This document shows, one piece after another, positions 7,911 to 19,397 of a stretch of 64,000 nt of DNA. Numbering within the stretch: position 1 is the first letter of the stretch; every line of letters starts with the position of its first letter. The DNA is taken from contig JALSRZ010000062.1 in the NCBI GenBank assembly GCA_026984515.1, positions 3,643 to 67,642 of the forward strand, written 5' to 3'. The stretch comes from Thiohalobacter sp. GTDB taxonomy: Bacteria > Pseudomonadota > Gammaproteobacteria > DSM-19610. Position numbers and translations under genes: made by a program. The notes beneath the pieces are model-generated. The model was given only the letters and a program-made list of their open reading frames with translations, searched no databases and was not told the DNA's origin.

Positions 7911-10532
7911 ATGTTCAGGAAATCGGCCTTGGCAATGGCAATGCTGGGTACATTGGCCAGCGCAAATGTGGCCGCCCTGGGACTGGGCGAAATCGATCTG
8001 AAATCAGCGCTTAATCAGCCGCTTAATGCGGAAATAGAGCTGCTTTCGGCGACTCCTTCAGAGCTGGAAGAGGTCAAGGTTTCAATCGGGTCCCCGGAAG
8101 CTTTTGCCAATGCGGGCATCGACCGGCCCATGTTCCTGAGCAAGCTCAGGTTTCACGTAAAGAACAATGCGGAGGGCAAGCCGGTGGTGATGATCAGCAG
8201 CCGCGACGTGGTACGTGAGCCCTTCCTCGATTTCCTGGTCGAACTGTCCTGGAGCAAGGGACGCCTGTTGCGCGAATACACCGTACTGGTTGATCCCCCG
8301 GCCACCATGCCCGCGGCTCCCCCGGTTGCGCAGGCTCCCGCTGTACAGGCGGCCCCGCAGTCTGCACCCGTGCAACGTGTAACCCACACGGCGCAGATGG
8401 CTTCCGCCTACCGGGCGCCGGGTGAATACGGCCCGACACAGCGTCATGACACCCTGTGGAACATTGCCCGGCAGGTCAGGCCGGATGCCGGGGTCAGTAT
8501 CGAACAAACCATGCAGGGCCTGCTACGCGCCAACCCGGAGGCGTTTACAGACAACAATATCAACAACCTGAAGGCAGGCTACGTGCTCAGGGTTCCGTCC
8601 CGCGAAGAGCTGACGTCTATCAGCCGTGCCGAAGCCAGGCGCCAGTCCCGTGCCCAGTACACCGCGTGGCGTGAAGCGCGTGGCATTCTGACGCCGACCC
8701 GGAGTGATGGCATGGTTCCCGCCGCGACCGGCACCCCGGCCGAATCCCACCTTACCCTGGTTTCCCCGGAAACGGCGGACGCCGCAGCCAGCGGCGCCGC
8801 TTCCGATGGCGCCGCCGGTCTGGAGTCCCTGCAACAGGATCTGCTGATGGCGAACGAAGCGCTGGAAGCGCAGCGTCGCCAGGGCGAGGAAATGTCGGAG
8901 CGCCTGACGGTGCTCGAGGAACAGATCCTGAACATGCAGCGCCTGATCCAGCTCAAGGATGATGAACTGGCGCGCTTGCAGGCCCGGGCGGGTAGCGAAG
9001 GCACTGAAGCCGCTGCCGAGGCCCCGGCTGAAGCCGTCACTGCGGAAGTCGAAGCCGGGACTGCCGGGTCTGATGCGGTTGCTGAGGGAAGCGAACAGGC
9101 AACCGCCGCCGATGAAACGCCGGTGGCTACGGACACACAGAATAGCGAAGCGATGGATGCGACTGCCGGAGTGGCCGGCGATGGCGAGGTGGTGAACACG
9201 GAACCAGGCGTCACCACGGAACAGGAGGCGGGTACGGAACCGCCGCTCGATGACAGCATGCCGGTAGTGCCCGGGATCGAACAGCCCTCGTTCCAGGGCG
9301 AAGCGCCGGAAGAATCTGTCGCCGAACAGCCGGTGGCGGAAGTCGAGCCGGAAACGGTCGTTACGGAAACTGAAGTGGTGGTTAGCGAACCGGCGGCGGC
9401 TGAAGACACCTTTACCACGCCCGGGTTTGTCGAGCGACTGCTGGATAACCCGCTGTGGCTGGGTGCCGGTGGTGTGGTGCTTGCCCTGCTGGCGTTCTTC
9501 GGTCTGCGCCGCAAGCGCAGCGTGGAGACGGAATTCCAGGAAAGTATCCTGCAGGCAGCGCGCAGCGAGTCGAGCGGTTCGGACAGTGAGATCGTGGGCT
9601 CCGGGCCCGACTCGACCGAGTCCTCCAACAACGAGTCCTCCCTGCTGTCCGAATTCGCAGTCAGTGATATGGGTTCCATCAAGAACGACGGCGAGGCGGA
9701 TCCGCTGGCCGAAGCGGACGTGTACCTGGCCTACGGACGGTACCAGCAGGCAGAGGACCTGATCAGCGATGCGCTGGAGAAGGATGCCGAAAACGAGGAC
9801 CTGAACCTCAAGTTGCTGGAAGTCTACATGGCCGGCAAGAACCAGGCGGCGTTCGATGATCATGCCCAGGGTATCCTGGCACGGCTGGAAAACAGCGAGG
9901 ATCCGATGTGGGTCAAGGTGGCCGAAATGGGCCGCGAAATCTGTCCCGACAACCCGCTGTACCGGGCGGGCGGAGAACCCGGCGTCGAGCCGGTCGAGGA
10001 TACGGAAATGGATTCACTGTCCGACGACATCGACTTCAATCTCGATGCCGGGGCCGGGTCGGAATCTGAACCGGCTGCCGGGACTGACAGTGAAGAGGAA
10101 GGACTGGAGTTCGATATCGACCTGTCGTTCGATACCACCGAAGAGAAAGCGGATGGTGAAGAGAAGCCGGACAGCATGGAGTCCACCCCGCCGGCAGCGC
10201 AAGCCGACGAGCCGGATACTGCAGAGCCGGGGCTGAATGTCGACATGGACAGCATCGAACCCGACGCGGTGAACAACGACAGCGCCCTGGAATTCGACAT
10301 GGAAGGCCTCGACCTGGACGAAGCGGCCCTGCAGGACGAGGAGCCCGAAGGTGACGGTGAACTCGCGGACCTGGACGAAATCTCGACCAAGCTGGACCTG
10401 GCGCGTGCCTATATCGACATGGGTGACCCGGACGGTGCGAAGAGTATCCTGGACGAGGTCGTGGAAGAAGGGAACAGCGAGCAACAGGAAGAAGCCCGCA
10501 GCATCATGGAACAGATGACGTCTTCCTCGTAA
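7911..10532 (+). CDS. fimV: FimV/HubP polar landmark protein
   Basis: LGLGEIDLKSALNQPL N-terminus, LysM (DTLWNIA), TM helix, acidic linker, C-terminal KLDLARAYIDMGD; asd-fimV-truA synteny. Confidence 0.93.
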   Translation: MFRKSALAMAMLGTLASANVAALGLGEIDLKSALNQPLNAEIELLSATPSELEEVKVSIGSPEAFANAGIDRPMFLSKLRFHVKNNAEGKPVVMISSRDVVREPFLDFLVELSWSKGRLLREYTVLVDPPATMPAAPPVAQAPAVQAAPQSAPVQRVTHTAQMASAYRAPGEYGPTQRHDTLWNIARQVRPDAGVSIEQTMQGLLRANPEAFTDNNINNLKAGYVLRVPSREELTSISRAEARRQSRAQYTAWREARGILTPTRSDGMVPAATGTPAESHLTLVSPETADAAASGAASDGAAGLESLQQDLLMANEALEAQRRQGEEMSERLTVLEEQILNMQRLIQLKDDELARLQARAGSEGTEAAAEAPAEAVTAEVEAGTAGSDAVAEGSEQATAADETPVATDTQNSEAMDATAGVAGDGEVVNTEPGVTTEQEAGTEPPLDDSMPVVPGIEQPSFQGEAPEESVAEQPVAEVEPETVVTETEVVVSEPAAAEDTFTTPGFVERLLDNPLWLGAGGVVLALLAFFGLRRKRSVETEFQESILQAARSESSGSDSEIVGSGPDSTESSNNESSLLSEFAVSDMGSIKNDGEADPLAEADVYLAYGRYQQAEDLISDALEKDAENEDLNLKLLEVYMAGKNQAAFDDHAQGILARLENSEDPMWVKVAEMGREICPDNPLYRAGGEPGVEPVEDTEMDSLSDDIDFNLDAGAGSESEPAAGTDSEEEGLEFDIDLSFDTTEEKADGEEKPDSMESTPPAAQADEPDTAEPGLNVDMDSIEPDAVNNDSALEFDMEGLDLDEAALQDEEPEGDGELADLDEISTKLDLARAYIDMGDPDGAKSILDEVVEEGNSEQQEEARSIMEQMTSSS

Positions 10533-10554
10533 AGCGGCGTTTTACCGCAAACCG

Positions 10555-10584
10555 AAAATCCCCGCGCCGGCGGGGATTTTTTTT
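10555..10584 (+). terminator. Intrinsic terminator after fimV
   Basis: AAAATCCCCGC-GCCG-GCGGGGATTTT followed by a T run. Confidence 0.85.
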
Positions 10585-10698
10585 GCCCTTTAGCGGCCAT
10601 GCGGCAGGCAGGATAGAATGCAGCTTTGGTGCCCGGGGCGTCCGCTGTCAAACGCATTCGCCAGGGTTTGAAAACGGCTGGAACGGCAGAGTGACAGG

Positions 10699-11478
10699 AT
10701 GCGGATAGCCTGTGCGGTAGAGTACAACGGCGCCGGCTTTCATGGCTGGCAGCAGCAGCCCCACGCGCGCTCGGTGCAGGCCGAGGTCGAAGCTGCCCTG
10801 TCCAGGGTGGCCGATCACCCCGTGCAGGTGGTGTGTGCCGGGCGCACTGATTCCGGTGTACACGCCACCTGGCAGATCATCCATTTTGACAGCGAGGCGG
10901 TGCGCCGGGAACGCTCCTGGGTGCTGGGCACCAATGCCAACCTGCCAAGCGATGTCCGCCTGCTGTGGGCGCGTGCCGTGGCAGAGGATTTTCACGCGCG
11001 CTTCTCGGCCCGGCAGCGCAGCTATCGCTATATCATCCTGAACCGTGAGATCCGCAGCGCGCGCCTGCACCGGCAGGTCACCTGGCAGTACCGGCCACTG
11101 GCGTGCGAGCGTATGCAGGCCGGTGCCCGCCACCTGCTGGGCGAGCACGATTTTTCCTCTTTCCGCGCGCTGGCGTGCCAGGCACACAGCCCGGTGCGCA
11201 CCATTCACCGGCTGGACATCCGCCGCAGCGGTGAATACCTGTACCTGGACGTGACCGCCAATGCCTTCCTGCACCACATGGTGCGCAACATTGCCGGTGT
11301 GTTGATGGCGGTCGGCAGCGGGCAACAGGAGCCGGACTGGGTGCAGACAGTGCTGGAGCGGCGGGATCGCGCCCGTGGTGGCGTGACGGCAGCCGCTGAC
11401 GGACTGTACCTGGTGGGTGTGCGCTACCCGGAGCGCTTCGGGATCGAGCCGCTCGGTGTGGTGCCGGAATTCCGCTAG
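10699..11478 (+). CDS. truA: tRNA pseudouridine(38-40) synthase
   Basis: EYNGAGFHGWQ, AGRTDSGVHA and AFLHHMVRNI. Confidence 0.97.
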   Translation: MRIACAVEYNGAGFHGWQQQPHARSVQAEVEAALSRVADHPVQVVCAGRTDSGVHATWQIIHFDSEAVRRERSWVLGTNANLPSDVRLLWARAVAEDFHARFSARQRSYRYIILNREIRSARLHRQVTWQYRPLACERMQAGARHLLGEHDFSSFRALACQAHSPVRTIHRLDIRRSGEYLYLDVTANAFLHHMVRNIAGVLMAVGSGQQEPDWVQTVLERRDRARGGVTAAADGLYLVGVRYPERFGIEPLGVVPEFR

Positions 11479-11549
11479 CCCGAAAATCCCCGGAACAGGC
11501 CGGATTCTGCTAGCATAGCTACTTTAGTTTGCCTGTTTCGTTACGCCTG

Positions 11550-12188
11550 ATGCGAACCCGCGTGAAAATTTGTGGAATCACCCGCGTTGAAGACGGCGTG
11601 GCGGCGGCACAGGCTGGCGCCGATGCCATCGGGCTGGTGTTCTACCCGCCAAGCCCGCGTTACGTGGAGCTTTCCCGGGCACAGGAAATCTGCCGTGCGC
11701 TGCCCCCGTTCGTCAGCGTAGTGGCGCTGTTGGTCAACGCATCGCGTGCACAGGTGGAAACGGTGCTGCAGGCGGTGCCGGTGGATCTGCTGCAGTTCCA
11801 CGGCAGCGAGCAGGCAGCCGGGTGTAGCGGGTTCGGCCGACCCTATATCAAGGCGATCGGTATGCAGCCCGGACTGGACCTGGAAGCCGTCATGCAGTCG
11901 CACCCCGAGGCCAGCGGGTTCCTGCTGGACACCTGGCAGCCGGATACCCACGGCGGCGGTGGCATCGCCTTCGACTGGTCGCAGGTACCGGCCGCTGCCG
12001 GCAGGCCGCTGATTCTCGCCGGTGGTCTGACCGCAGACACGGTAGCCGAGGCGGTACGCCGGACCCGGCCCTGGGCGGTGGATACCAGCAGCGGTGTCGA
12101 GGTCGAAAAAGGCATCAAATCGGCGCAGAAAATACAGGCTTTCATACGAGGAGTAGAACGCAGTGACGCAGACCAGGCGAAGCAGTGA
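11550..12188 (+). CDS. trpF: Phosphoribosylanthranilate isomerase
   Basis: [15 protein letters not shown] and VDTSSGVE. Confidence 0.96.
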   Translation: MRTRVKICGITRVEDGVAAAQAGADAIGLVFYPPSPRYVELSRAQEICRALPPFVSVVALLVNASRAQVETVLQAVPVDLLQFHGSEQAAGCSGFGRPYIKAIGMQPGLDLEAVMQSHPEASGFLLDTWQPDTHGGGGIAFDWSQVPAAAGRPLILAGGLTADTVAEAVRRTRPWAVDTSSGVEVEKGIKSAQKIQAFIRGVERSDADQAKQ

Positions 12189-13392
12189 GTCACTACCGCT
12201 GACCGGCTTACCGGATGCCCGCGGACATTTCGGGCCGTACGGCGGGATTTTCGTTGCCGAAACCCTGATGGAACCGCTGGAGGAACTGCGGCGGGCCTGG
12301 GAGAAATACGCCCGGGACGCGGATTTCCTGGCTGAACTGGATCAGGACCTGGCACAATTCGTCGGCCGTCCGTCGCCGCTGTACCACGCAGAGCGCTGGA
12401 GTCAGCAACTGGGTGGTGCGCAGGTCTACCTGAAGCGCGAAGACCTCAATCATACCGGTGCGCACAAGGTCAACAATACCGTGGGCCAGGCGCTGCTGGC
12501 CAAACGCCTGGGCAAAAACCGCATCATTGCGGAAACCGGTGCGGGTCAGCATGGCGTGGCGACCGCGACGGTGGCGGCGCGCCTGGGTCTGGAATGCGTG
12601 GTCTACATGGGCGCCGAGGACATCCGGCGCCAGGCCATCAATGTCTACCGCATGCGTTTGCTGGGCGCCGAGGTGGTCTCGGTCGAGTCGGGGTCCAGGA
12701 CGCTGAAAGACGCGCTGAACGAAGCCATGCGCGACTGGGTGACCAATGTCGATACGACCTTTTACATCATCGGCACGGTTGCAGGTCCACATCCCTACCC
12801 GGCGATGGTGCGTAATTTCCAGACCATCATCGGCCGCGAGGCACGCGCGCAGCTGCTGGAGCAGACGGGCCGCCTGCCGGATGCGCTGATTGCCTGCGTA
12901 GGCGGCGGGTCCAATGCCATCGGCCTGTTTCATCCGTTCCTGGATGATGCCGGCGTGGCCATGTACGGCGTCGAGGGTGGCGGCTACGGTCTGGATAGTG
13001 GCAAGCACGCAGCGCCTTTATGCGCGGGTCGTCCCGGAGTGCTGCACGGTAACCGCACCTACCTGATGGAAGACCGGGACGGCCAGATCATCGAAACCCA
13101 TTCGGTATCCGCGGGTCTCGACTACCCGGGTGTTGGTCCCGAACACGCCTGGCTGAAGGACAGCGGTCGCGCAGCGTACGTGGCGGTCACGGATGAACAG
13201 GCGCTGGATGCTTTTCACGCGCTGACACGTAGCGAAGGCATTATCCCGGCACTCGAATCGAGCCACGCGCTGGCCTATGCGCAGCAGCTGGCGCCACAAC
13301 TGGATGCGGACAAGCTGCTGATCGTGAATTTGTCCGGCCGTGGTGACAAGGATATCCACACTGTGGCCGCACTGGAAGGGATCAAGGTATGA
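12163..13392 (+). CDS. trpB: Tryptophan synthase beta chain
   Basis: [21 protein letters not shown] and GLDYPGVGP. Confidence 0.98.
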   Translation: MTQTRRSSESLPLTGLPDARGHFGPYGGIFVAETLMEPLEELRRAWEKYARDADFLAELDQDLAQFVGRPSPLYHAERWSQQLGGAQVYLKREDLNHTGAHKVNNTVGQALLAKRLGKNRIIAETGAGQHGVATATVAARLGLECVVYMGAEDIRRQAINVYRMRLLGAEVVSVESGSRTLKDALNEAMRDWVTNVDTTFYIIGTVAGPHPYPAMVRNFQTIIGREARAQLLEQTGRLPDALIACVGGGSNAIGLFHPFLDDAGVAMYGVEGGGYGLDSGKHAAPLCAGRPGVLHGNRTYLMEDRDGQIIETHSVSAGLDYPGVGPEHAWLKDSGRAAYVAVTDEQALDAFHALTRSEGIIPALESSHALAYAQQLAPQLDADKLLIVNLSGRGDKDIHTVAALEGIKV

Positions 13393-14195
13393 GTCGGATT
13401 GCCGGACGTTTCGAGTCGCTGCGCGAGCGTGGACGCAAGGCCCTTATCCCCTACATCACCGCCGGTGATCCCGAACCGTCGGTGACAGTGCCGTTATTGC
13501 ATGCGCTGGTGGAAGCCGGTGCCGATGTGCTGGAACTCGGTGTTCCTTTTTCTGACCCCATGGCCGACGGGCCGGTGATCCAGGCGGCCTGCGAGCGTGC
13601 GCTGGCACACCACGTCAGCCTGCACCAGGTACTCGATATGGTGCGCAGTTTTCGCCGGCAGGACAGTGACACACCGGTAGTGTTGATGGGTTACCTGAAC
13701 CCGATCGAAGTCATGGGTTACGCTGCATTTGCCAAAGCGGCGCACGCCGCCGGTGTCGATGGCGTGCTGACCGTGGACCTGCCGCCGGAGGAGGCCGCCG
13801 AACTGGTGGCCTGCCTGAAAGGCGAGCAGCTGGACCCGATTTTCCTGGCGGCCCCGAACAGCGATGCGGAGCGTATTCGCAGGATGACGGAAAACGGTGG
13901 CGGTTTCCTTTATTATGTATCGTTCAAGGGCGTTACCGGCGCCAACCGCCTGGATGTGCAGGCGGTAGCGGACAAGCTGGCGCAGATCCGCGGTCATACC
14001 GGTTTGCCGGTGGGGGTCGGGTTCGGCATTCGTGATGCGGAGTCGGCGGCGCAGATCGCCGCGGTGGCCGACGCGGTGGTGGTCGGCAGTGCGCTGGTCA
14101 AGCGCATCGCTGCGCTGGCTGACCAGCCGGGTAAGGTCGCAGCCCTGGCACCACAGGTGATCGCGGACATGAGGGCGGCGATGGACCGGGCCTGA
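13389..14195 (+). CDS. trpA: Tryptophan synthase alpha chain
   Basis: [17 protein letters not shown]. Confidence 0.98.
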   Translation: MSRIAGRFESLRERGRKALIPYITAGDPEPSVTVPLLHALVEAGADVLELGVPFSDPMADGPVIQAACERALAHHVSLHQVLDMVRSFRRQDSDTPVVLMGYLNPIEVMGYAAFAKAAHAAGVDGVLTVDLPPEEAAELVACLKGEQLDPIFLAAPNSDAERIRRMTENGGGFLYYVSFKGVTGANRLDVQAVADKLAQIRGHTGLPVGVGFGIRDAESAAQIAAVADAVVVGSALVKRIAALADQPGKVAALAPQVIADMRAAMDRA

Positions 14196-14242
14196 GCGAC
14201 CCGTGTCATGCGCTGTGTACAGCGGACAGGCAGGAACAGGAC

Positions 14243-15106
14243 ATGAGCTGGTTTGAAAAATTGATGCCCTCGCGCATCCGTACCGAGAACAAGGACAAGC
14301 GCACTGTGCCCGAGGGCCTGTGGAGCAAGTGCACTTCCTGCGATGCCGTGTTGTACCGCGCCGAGCTGGAGCGTAACCAGGACGTCTGTCCAAAGTGCGA
14401 TCACCACGTGCGTATCGGCAGCCGTCGACGCCTCGATCTGTTCCTGGACCCGGAACCGCGCGAGGAAATCGGCGCCGAAGTGCAACCGGTCGATCCGCTG
14501 AAGTTCAGGGACAGCAAAAAATACATCGACCGGCTGAAACTGGCACAGAAAACAACCCGGGAAAGCGACGCACTGGTGGTCATGCGCGGCCAGGTCGAAG
14601 GGGTTCCGCTGGTGGCGGCCGCGTTTGAATTCGGTTTCATGGGCGGCTCCATGGGTTCCGTGGTAGGCGAGCGTTTCGTGCGTGCGGTCAATACCAGTCT
14701 GGATCACAATATTCCGCTGGTGTGTTTTTCCGCCAGCGGCGGTGCACGCATGCAGGAGGCCCTGCTGTCGCTCATGCAGATGGCGAAGACCAGCGCTGCG
14801 CTGGCGCGTCTGTCGAACGCCGGCATCCCCTTTGTCTCGGTGCTGACCGATCCCACCATGGGTGGTGTATCCGCAAGCCTGGCCATGCTCGGGGATATTC
14901 ATATCGCCGAACCCCGGGCGCTGATCGGTTTTGCCGGCCCGCGCGTCATCGAACAGACCGTGCGCGAAACCCTGCCGGAAGGTTTCCAGCGCAGCGAGTT
15001 CCTGCTCGAACACGGTGCCATCGACATGATTGTCGACCGACGGGAAATGCGCGAACGGATCGCTTCGGTGCTGGCGGTCCTGACCCACCACGCGCCACTC
15101 GACTAG
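14243..15106 (+). CDS. accD: Acetyl-CoA carboxylase carboxyltransferase beta
   Basis: LWSKC..C zinc finger, [12 protein letters not shown] and GGARMQE. Confidence 0.98.
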   Translation: MSWFEKLMPSRIRTENKDKRTVPEGLWSKCTSCDAVLYRAELERNQDVCPKCDHHVRIGSRRRLDLFLDPEPREEIGAEVQPVDPLKFRDSKKYIDRLKLAQKTTRESDALVVMRGQVEGVPLVAAAFEFGFMGGSMGSVVGERFVRAVNTSLDHNIPLVCFSASGGARMQEALLSLMQMAKTSAALARLSNAGIPFVSVLTDPTMGGVSASLAMLGDIHIAEPRALIGFAGPRVIEQTVRETLPEGFQRSEFLLEHGAIDMIVDRREMRERIASVLAVLTHHAPLD

Positions 15107-15170
15107 TGCCCGGCGCCTGCGCCGTCGTGGTGTACTTTCGATAGACCGCCTCCCCTGGATGCGCTCCGGC

Positions 15171-16454
15171 ATGATGGAATCCCCACGCTTTGCCACTCTG
15201 CAGGACTGGCTGAACTGGCAGGAAACGCTGCATCCCGTTGCGATCGAGCTCGGACTGGAGCGGGTGGGCCGGGTTGCGGACCGCCTGCAGTGCCGCAACC
15301 CGGCGCGCGTGGTGATTTCCGTGGCGGGCACCAACGGCAAGGGTTCCTCGGTGGCCATGCTGGAAGCTATCCTGTTACGGGCGGGTTACCGCGTCGGGTG
15401 CTATACCTCCCCGCACCTGCTGCGCTACAACGAACGCATCCGCCTGGCCGGCGAGGAGGTAACCGACCAGGCCCTGTGTGATGCTTTTGCGCGTGTCGAT
15501 GCGGCCCGCGAAGAAGAATCGTTGACCTATTTCGAATTCGGCACCCTGGCGGCGCTGGATCTCATGCGTCGCGAACACCTGGATGTGGCCTTGCTCGAGG
15601 CAGGGCTGGGCGGGCGTCTCGACGCCGTGAATATCATCGATGCAGATGCTGCGCTGGTTACCAGTATCGGTATCGATCATACCGACTGGCTGGGTGCGGA
15701 CCGGGCGTCCATCGCGCGTGAGAAAGCCGGCATCCTGCGTGCGGCCTGTCCTGCGGTGTGTGGCGATGCAGATCCCCCGCGCAGCCTGCGCGAGGTTGCG
15801 GAACGCACTGGCGCGGATTTGCGGGTGCTCGGGCAGGACTTCAGCCTGGTGGAAGCCGCCCGTGGCTGGCACTGGCAGGGCGGGCACAGTCGTTACCGCG
15901 ACCTGCCCCGGCCGGCCCTGCCCGGTTCGCACCAGCTGGCCAATGCCGCCGCGGTATTGATGCTGCTGGACCTGCTTGGCGAGCGTTTGCCGGTGACCGA
16001 GAAGTCAGTACGTGCCGGGCTGCAGTGGATTCAGCTCGCGGGACGTGTGCAGCGCCTGCCGGGCAGGGTGGAACAGGTGCTGGATGTGTCCCATAATGCG
16101 CAGGCGGCGCAGGCACTGGTCGATGCGCTCAGACGGTTGCCGCTGGCGGGCAGGACGCACGCGGTGCTGGGTATGATGCGCGACAAGGACATCGAGGCTT
16201 TTGCACGGGTGCTGGATCCGCTGGTGTCCTGCTGGTACCCCGTTGGCCTGGCGGTCGAGCGGGCCCTGCCGGTGGAGCAACTGTCGGCCCGGCTGGCAGC
16301 GATCGCCGGGGCAGAACGCGTGCATGCCTGCCCGACGGTTACGGCTGCCGCCGGCCGGCTGGACAGTGCAGCCAGGCCCGGTGACCGTGTGCTGGTCTGC
16401 GGTTCTTTCTTTACGGTGGCCGGGTGGTTGACCCGGCAGCCGCAGCCCGACTGA
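15171..16454 (+). CDS. folC: Dihydrofolate/folylpolyglutamate synthase
   Basis: VAGTNGKGSS, YTSPHLLRYNER and LEAGLGGRLDAVN. Confidence 0.97.
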   Translation: MMESPRFATLQDWLNWQETLHPVAIELGLERVGRVADRLQCRNPARVVISVAGTNGKGSSVAMLEAILLRAGYRVGCYTSPHLLRYNERIRLAGEEVTDQALCDAFARVDAAREEESLTYFEFGTLAALDLMRREHLDVALLEAGLGGRLDAVNIIDADAALVTSIGIDHTDWLGADRASIAREKAGILRAACPAVCGDADPPRSLREVAERTGADLRVLGQDFSLVEAARGWHWQGGHSRYRDLPRPALPGSHQLANAAAVLMLLDLLGERLPVTEKSVRAGLQWIQLAGRVQRLPGRVEQVLDVSHNAQAAQALVDALRRLPLAGRTHAVLGMMRDKDIEAFARVLDPLVSCWYPVGLAVERALPVEQLSARLAAIAGAERVHACPTVTAAAGRLDSAARPGDRVLVCGSFFTVAGWLTRQPQPD

Positions 16455-16463
16455 CGAGGCAGG

Positions 16464-17063
16464 ATGGACGTATTGCTCAAACAGCGCCTGGTAGGCGCGA
16501 TCGTACTGGTGGCACTGGGTGTGATTTTCGTGCCCATGATTCTGGAAGGCCCCAACCGCACACTGGTGCCGGAGATGGAAGCCCTGCCGGAACCGCAGGA
16601 ACCGGTCGCCAGTGCGCCGCTGGAAGCCTTTCCGGTGCCCGGCGCGATACCGGCCGAGCCGGAGGTATCGGTGATCCAGGCCGATACCCGGCCCGCCGCT
16701 GAGCCGGAAAAACCGCCGCCAGTCTCACAGGCGCCGGTTCCGCCCGAACCGGTGAAGCCGGCACCGGTCCCCGAACCTCCCGCAGCAGCGCCCGCCGTGC
16801 AGGCAAAAACAACAAAACCCGGTCCGCTGGGCAGCTGGGTGGTGCAGGCAGGCAGTTTCTCGACGGAAAAGAATGCGCTGCGGCTGCGCGACCGGCTGCG
16901 CAAGAGCGGTTTTACCACCCAGGTGGAAAAAGCGTGGGTGGACGGAAAAGCGCACTACCGGGTGCGCGTCGGTCCCTTCCTGGAAAAAGCCGATGCCGAG
17001 CAGCAGCGGCAGCAGATACAGGAGCGGCTCAGTCTCAGGGGACGGGTGCTTTCCTATCCCTGA
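16464..17063 (+). CDS. dedD: SPOR-domain cell division protein (DedD-like)
   Basis: KQRLVGAIVLVALGVIF, Pro-rich linker, SPOR (WVVQAGSF..YRVRVGPF); folC-cvpA synteny. Confidence 0.9.
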   Translation: MDVLLKQRLVGAIVLVALGVIFVPMILEGPNRTLVPEMEALPEPQEPVASAPLEAFPVPGAIPAEPEVSVIQADTRPAAEPEKPPPVSQAPVPPEPVKPAPVPEPPAAAPAVQAKTTKPGPLGSWVVQAGSFSTEKNALRLRDRLRKSGFTTQVEKAWVDGKAHYRVRVGPFLEKADAEQQRQQIQERLSLRGRVLSYP

Positions 17064-17150
17064 ATAGCGGTCGCCATGCTCCATCCTCTTCGAGTAAAAT
17101 AGGCCTATGCAGGATTTCGACAGGCGGTGTACCCGGGGCAGGGGTACAGG

Positions 17151-17639
17151 ATGATCTGGGTAGATTATATTCTGCTGGTGATCATTGCCGTCTCGGCGTT
17201 GCTGAGTCTGTGGCGCGGGTTTGTGAAAGAGGCGCTTTCGCTGTTCAGCTGGATCGCCGCGTTATGGATCGGCATGCTGTTTTTTCACGATCTTTCCAGG
17301 CTGATACGGGACTGGATCGATACACCGACGATTCGCAACGTGGTGGCTTTCGGCCTGCTGTTCGTCGGCACCCTGCTGGTGGGCGGGGTGGTGAACTACC
17401 TGGCGGGCCAGCTGATCAGCAAGACCGGGCTGACCTCGACCGACCGTATCCTGGGCATGCTGTTCGGTATCGCCCGCGGTATGGTGATCGTGGCCGTGCT
17501 GGTGATGCTGGCCGGGCTGACCAGTATCCCCCGTGATCCCTGGTGGCAGGAATCGACGCTGCTGGGATATTTCCAGGACATCGCCATGTGGCTGCGCAGT
17601 TATCTGCCTGCCGATATTGCGGAACGCATCCGCTTCTGA
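17151..17639 (+). CDS. cvpA: CvpA family membrane protein
   Basis: MIWVDYILL..RGFVKEALSL..DRILGMLFG. Confidence 0.95.
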   Translation: MIWVDYILLVIIAVSALLSLWRGFVKEALSLFSWIAALWIGMLFFHDLSRLIRDWIDTPTIRNVVAFGLLFVGTLLVGGVVNYLAGQLISKTGLTSTDRILGMLFGIARGMVIVAVLVMLAGLTSIPRDPWWQESTLLGYFQDIAMWLRSYLPADIAERIRF

Positions 17640-17675
17640 AGTCTAACGCAGGTTTTTATCCCGAGGTTCAAAACA

Positions 17676-19187
17676 GTGTGTGGCATTGTCGGTATTGTTT
17701 CTCACGGCGCGGTCAACCAGTCGATCTATGATGCCCTGACGGTGTTGCAGCACCGTGGGCAGGACGCGGCCGGTATCATGACCTGCGAGGGCAGCAAACT
17801 CTGGTTGCGCAAGGATAACGGCCTGGTGCGCGATGTGTTTCACACGCGCCATATGCTGACCCTGCGCGGCAATATGGGGATCGGGCACGTGCGTTACCCG
17901 ACCGCGGGTTGCGAGAGTTCCGCCGAGGCCCAGCCGTTCTATGTCAACTCCCCGTACGGTATCACCCTGGCGCATAACGGCAACCTGACCAACGCCGAGG
18001 AACTGAAACAGAACCTGTTCCGAGAGGACCTGCGGCATCTCAACACCGATTCCGATTCCGAAGTGCTGCTGAACGTGTTTGCACACGAACTGCAGCGCTG
18101 CGGCAAGCTGCGCATCAATGAGGACGACGTGTTCGCCGCGGTGTCTGCCGTGCACAAGCGCTGCAGCGGCGCCTACGCGGCGGTGGCCATGATTACCGGC
18201 TTCGGTGTAGTGGCGTTCCGCGATCCCTGGGGTATCCGGCCGCTGGTATACGGCCGCCGCGAGACCGGGCAGGGTGTTGAGTTCATGGTGGCATCGGAGA
18301 GTGTCGCCCTGAACCCGCTGGGTTTCGAGCTGGTCGACGATGTGCGTCCCGGCGAAGCGGTGTTCCTGGGCAAGAACGGCAGCATGGCCAAGCGCCAGTG
18401 TGCCGATCAGCCCGCGTACGCGCCCTGTATATTCGAACACGTGTACCTGGCGCGGCCCGATTCGATCATCGACAACGTCTCCGTATACAAGGCGCGCCTG
18501 CGCATGGGTGAAGCGCTGGCGGAAAAGATCCTGCGCGAGCGCCCGCAGCACGATATCGACGTGGTCATCCCGATCCCGGATACCAGCCGTACCGCGGCCC
18601 TGCAGCTGGCCAACAACCTGGGCGTCAAGTACCGGGAAGGTTTTATCAAGAACCGCTATATCGGCCGGACCTTTATCATGCCGGGACAGCAGGAGCGCAA
18701 GAAATCCGTGCGCCAGAAGCTGAATGCCATCGACCTGGAGTTCCGCGGCAAGAACGTCATGCTGGTGGACGACTCCATTGTACGCGGCACCACCTCGCAG
18801 CAGATTATCCAGATGGCACGCGATGCCGGTGCGAAGAATGTCTATTTCGCCTCGGCGGCCCCGCCGGTTCGTTTTCCCAATGTCTACGGTATCGACATGC
18901 CCACCCGCGAAGAACTGATCGCGCACGGCAGGGATGTGGCGCAGATCGCCGCCGCCATCGGCGCCGACTGGCTGGTGTTTCAGGATATCGAGGACCTGGT
19001 CGACGCAGTGCGCAAGGGCAACCCGGAGATCGGTGCGTTCGATTGCTCGGTGTTTACCGGCGAGTACGTGACCGGCGGCGTGACCGTCGATTACCTCTCG
19101 CACCTGGAGCAGTTGCGCAGTGACTCGGCCAAGAAACAACGCCGGCTGGCTGACGACGCCGTGATCGAGATGCACAATAACGCTTGA
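17676..19187 (+). CDS. purF: Amidophosphoribosyltransferase
   Basis: [23 protein letters not shown] and [10 protein letters not shown]. Confidence 0.98.
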   Translation: MCGIVGIVSHGAVNQSIYDALTVLQHRGQDAAGIMTCEGSKLWLRKDNGLVRDVFHTRHMLTLRGNMGIGHVRYPTAGCESSAEAQPFYVNSPYGITLAHNGNLTNAEELKQNLFREDLRHLNTDSDSEVLLNVFAHELQRCGKLRINEDDVFAAVSAVHKRCSGAYAAVAMITGFGVVAFRDPWGIRPLVYGRRETGQGVEFMVASESVALNPLGFELVDDVRPGEAVFLGKNGSMAKRQCADQPAYAPCIFEHVYLARPDSIIDNVSVYKARLRMGEALAEKILRERPQHDIDVVIPIPDTSRTAALQLANNLGVKYREGFIKNRYIGRTFIMPGQQERKKSVRQKLNAIDLEFRGKNVMLVDDSIVRGTTSQQIIQMARDAGAKNVYFASAAPPVRFPNVYGIDMPTREELIAHGRDVAQIAAAIGADWLVFQDIEDLVDAVRKGNPEIGAFDCSVFTGEYVTGGVTVDYLSHLEQLRSDSAKKQRRLADDAVIEMHNNA

Positions 19188-19213
19188 CCGGCCTGCCTGG
19201 AATTCTCTACTCT
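19184..19213 (+). promoter_or_regulatory. Candidate sigma70 promoter for the metZ leader
   Basis: TTGACC (19184-19189)-N18-TACTCT (19208-19213). Confidence 0.45.
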
Positions 19214-19395
19214 AGCCCGCATTTCTCACCGGGTTCCGTAGCGAGGCGGTGGCAGGTCGTGTGATAAGCGGCGTTCGCGACCGAGGGCCGCGCAGGCATA
19301 GTCGACACGATGTCGAGCAGCCCGACCGAGTGAACACCGCTTATCACACGGCATGACGCCGCCGCAGCAGGAAGTCGGTGAGAAATGCGGGCTAG
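19212..19395. mobile_element. MITE-like element, 176 bp, 16-bp terminal inverted repeats flanked by CTAG
   Basis: CTAG|CCCGCATTTCTCACCG...CGGTGAGAAATGCGGG|CTAG; internal 14-bp inverted repeat 19258-19271/19337-19350; no ORF of note; related end at 54482. Confidence 0.8.
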
Positions 19396-19397
19396 TG

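Noticed and set aside
8960-10400. Low-complexity acidic Ala/Glu/Pro/Asp stretches in fimV as a novel repeat
   Set aside because: Typical disordered linker of FimV/HubP
17643-19175. 510-aa antisense ORF over purF; similar long antisense/shadow ORFs at 3420-4796, 8523-9863, 44080-45927, 51724-53166, 57167-58975 and 62181-63554
   Set aside because: They mirror well-conserved genes on the opposite strand; long stop-free shadow frames are expected at this GC content and show no motifs
19212-19395. CRISPR array or toxin-antitoxin RNA
   Set aside because: Single hairpin with terminal repeats and CTAG flanks; no repeat-spacer periodicity or cas genes anywhere in the window
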